This document shows positions 60,401 to 64,000 of a stretch of 64,000 nucleotides of DNA, one piece after another (position 1 is the first letter of the stretch; the number at the start of each line of letters is the position of its first letter). The position numbers and the translations under genes were made by a program. Source of the DNA: Thalia democratica (lineage: Eukaryota). Where the stretch lies: the NCBI GenBank assembly GCA_965202585.1, contig OZ241829.1:5022001-5086000 (forward strand), in the 5' to 3' direction. The notes under the pieces were generated by a model that searched no databases, had not been told where the DNA came from, and saw only the letters and a program-made list of their open reading frames with translations.

Positions 60401-62740
60401 AATCAGTTTTGTGTAACAGTTTAATGCAGTGACTAATGAAAACAATTGTTATTTTAAGAATGTATAACGTTTAAAAAAAAGTAAGTTGTCAATTGAATCA
60501 CAAAATTAACAATAAATTCATTTAAGGAAATAATTAAGTCTTTTTCTCGGACTTAAATGTTTATGTTAGATTATACAGCATTGCTAAATTATTTGACTTG
60601 GGTATATTCGGTTATGTGATTAAAAAATTTTAATTAACTGTAAATTTAAAGTGATAAACTACGTACTACTAGTTTTTTTGTAAACTTAATACTGCTAAAA
60701 AATAATTTCAAGTATAATTTTACCTTTTGAATTTAATGAAAAATTTCAATTGCAGACTAATATAACAATAAATTTATGTCTTCTGCTAAGTTAGACAATA
60801 TAATTTTTGCAAGTATTTTAGTATGTTTTTCAATTTTAAGGTTAGATAATTTTTTAACTTGAATGTTGTACCTACTGTTACTAATTTACTAGATTGTATA
60901 CTTTTGTTATTTAAATACTATATAAACAGAATATACGAAATGTTTATCATAAAAAATATAAAACACTTATTTTTTACAAAAGTTTAGGAAAAACTAATAT
61001 AGAAAAGTTGAATTTATAATTTCACCAACTTGCGGAAAAAATGTTTTACAATGAATTTGTTTTCAATTTATTCTCAAATTAATATGCATTATTACGTGAA
61101 CAAGTATTTTATTTTCTAAACTCTTTTCATATGTTTACTTAGTTTTATTATTTAAATACCATACACTCTTTAATACTAAATAAATATTTAAATGTCTATT
61201 CACCAGCTGCTTATGAAACTAACTTAAAAAATCAAACAAAGATAAACAACAATCAGGTATTAGTTTAAAAACCAATGATTTTTAACATCACCTAAATAAA
61301 ATTATTTAACATAATTTTCTTTTTGTCTTTGTTGTTTCCTAAAAGTTAGCTATTAATTTTTCATTTTTTATAGTTCAAAACATATAGTAGAGTTTTTACC
61401 AAAAATGTTTTAGTTGCATATAGTTCTTAATATTTATGAAGACAAATTTTTTTCGAACAAATTTGAAAATAAAGCAGATTTTTTTATAATTTACGGTCAT
61501 TTAATTAAAGTGAAAATTGCAGAGTAAAACAAAAGCACTTTTAAAAGAAGCTTAGTTAATGTTTGAAAATGTTAATATCCGTTTGCAGTTCTATTAAATT
61601 TTACTTTGATTAAACAATTAACATTTGTAAGGTATGTTATAAGGTTACTTCTTTAATTGTAATTTATAAAGTACTTTTTATAAACATTTGGCACAGAAAA
61701 AAGTTCTTTTTTGTGAACTAAATTTATTTAAAACAAACCATTAACTCTTTTCGTACATTTTTTATTAAAAATTTCCTTATATGAAAAATAGATGTAATAC
61801 AAGATTAATCAAGTTATACAGACTAATTAATCAAGCCTTTTTAAGATTAAATGAGTTCTTAAAATTTAAATTAAAACCGGCTTAAGCTGTAAAATGATTT
61901 ATATGCAGTATAATTGAATTCATTATTAAAAAGTCTTTCTTTAATTTAATAATATAGTTCATAAGCTGATAAAACATAATTTTGATTAAAGAAAGTAAGT
62001 AAATGTAGATATTAAAATACAGTTATTTTAGTTTTTTAACTTTATTAATTAGTATACAAATGCTTCTTCACTTATAAACAGTTTTCTATATTTATAATAT
62101 TTCGTTTAATTTGTCAAATAGTAAAATATAGGTTTTTAAATTTATTTTTATTTTTAAAATATTTTTAAGTTAAGACATAAGAAACAAGTTCTGTAGTTAG
62201 TTTACAAAATTTTAATTTCATTTATGTTATAAATGGTTTATTGTTAAAAGTTTATACAGTTTTTCTGTTAGAACTTTTATTTTAAAATAAAACTTGAAAA
62301 AGTACTCAGTTTTCAAGTGAATTTAAATTTATAAAATGTTATAGCGCTTGCTATTTTTAAATAAAGTGAAAGTCTACATTGATAATATTTATAAATATAT
62401 TAGCAAGATGTTTTTTTCAAAACTAATTGTTTAACTATAAGTTTATGTTTTAATAAAAAACTGTTGTTAAGTATATGTTAAAAATAGGATTACTCAAATG
62501 CTTAAATATTTTCTGTTCACAAAAAGCAATAAAAAGATTTTCTTATACAAAAACGTGTTTTAACAACTTCGGCAATTTTTAAAGTAGTTTCATGATAATT
62601 TTTTGCAAGAATTATAAATTGCATCACAAATGTTTATTTGGCAAAGTTTATACTTTCAAGTGCTCGTTTAAAACAAGTTAAGTTTTTTGACGCCATTTGC
62701 TAAACAACATCCGAATCAATTGTCAAGTTTTAAACCGCTA
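51498..62740. repeat. Old diverged paralog of the sFRP upstream region (17730-27340 / 34775-44340), recognisable as colinear conserved blocks
   Basis: At least eight blocks in the same order and orientation as in the A/B upstream regions. Confidence 0.9.
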
Positions 62741-64000
62741 GATAAAAACAAAAGTAGATGTCTTATATTAAAATTATGGTTTGATGTTTTAAATTTGCGT
62801 TTTCAGATTAATGTTAAAGGACATTTATAGAAACATAAAAACTTTGCTTTGAAACTATTTATATAGGTTGTTTTTAAATTTTACATTTTTAAACACTTTT
62901 TATTATTATACTATATATAATATATTTAACATATAGCTTAATTTCCTTATTAGCAAAATTCAAAGGATTTTATTACAATAAAAATCTAGCTTTTTTAAAC
63001 TATTTCATTACAAAATATTACCATACTGAAGTTTAAAATATATTTTAGAATTTAATTATTTTCTTTGTTATTAGTCTAACAATGTTATACTTTTAAAAGC
63101 TAAATTGTTTTATTTTAAAGTTTTAAACTTAAGCTCGAACAAAAGGTTTACATATTTCTTTAAATCTAAACCAGCAGCTTTTGCTTGCAAAATAGCATAA
63201 TTGAGGGTCAAAACAGTTGCTGTTGTAGCAGGAAGCATACAAGAGCACAATCTCTTAATTCGCATACGTTTGATAAGCTTTAAGAGGAGTACAATGTTTT
63301 TTGAAACTTTAATTATATAATTTAATCATTGTTTTAACATACAAACCTTTTCGTTATTAGTGAAAATTACTCTTTTCAAACAAGTTTGAGCAAACCTGGT
63401 TTTGTTGGTTAGAATTAGTATTTGTTTTAAGTCTTTATTTCTCTAACATTTTTAAAACTGATCAAGTGTATAACTGAAACTGTAGACCCGATTAAATTGT
63501 GAGGTTATCTAAATTTAGCTTTTTGTCTCCTACAAACTTTAAAAAACTTATGCTTAGGATTCTCATCTAGCCTATTTTAAATACATATGCTTGTTTCATT
63601 TATATATAAAAAAAATTTTCGCAAAAAGATTTCGGAAGCTTTTTTACGAGTTTATTCTTAAGTATTTTAAACTATTTAATTTAGTACAGTTTGAAGCCCA
63701 AATAGCAATTTGGATTATGCCATTTGACTTTGAAAATTTTCTAACCCACTTCTTAAACAAAATTATTTTAGTTTAAATGTTGGAAAAGTTGTAGCTTAAA
63801 AAAATTAAAATAGAAACTAGATAAGCAAAACAACGAAAGTTTAAAAGCTACACATTCAAAGAAGTTTTAAATAAAATGGTTTTAAATTAAATAAAAACGT
63901 TTTACGCTTCAAACGCTGTGTCATTTTTCGGTCATAAAATAATCTCAAGCTGAAGTTTCCGACAAAAACTTCATTATTTACAAGTTATTGAACTATGTTA

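Noticed and set aside
63170-63300. Slightly GC-richer patch near the window end as a possible exon
   Set aside because: No convincing open frame with flanking splice sites and no homolog elsewhere in the window.

Overview
This is AT-rich eukaryotic (metazoan) genomic DNA with spliceosomal introns. A tunicate or other invertebrate chordate origin is a tentative inference from the gene set, frequent GTT donors and recurrent TGACGTCATAA motifs. (1) 175-6146 (+): a 16-exon nebulin-family gene with 14 SDxxYK-type modules, a Ser/Arg-rich linker and a C-terminal SH3 (about 699 aa if the ATG at 175 is the start). Its introns hold three roughly 100-bp-period partial exon duplications. (2) 7873-8082 (+): a candidate 69-aa single-pass membrane microprotein. 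(3) 11992-51462 (-): three intact, 3-exon sFRP1/2/5-type genes (signal peptide + Frizzled CRD + NTR) at about 17-kb spacing. Each has a roughly 32-aa Lys/Arg-rich insertion in the NTR domain. The array is a mosaic: the upstream regions of A and B are near-identical, and the introns of A and C are about 90% alike. B introns and the C upstream region are old, diverged paralogs, yet the exons are homogenised across all three copies. The diverged C upstream region (51.5-62.7 kb) exposes colinear conserved non-coding blocks. Gene B intron 2 carries two (TA)n-associated insertions, one with a 123-bp inverted repeat. No rRNA, tRNA, CRISPR or transposase coding sequence was recognised. Identity percentages are by-eye estimates from sampled stretches.
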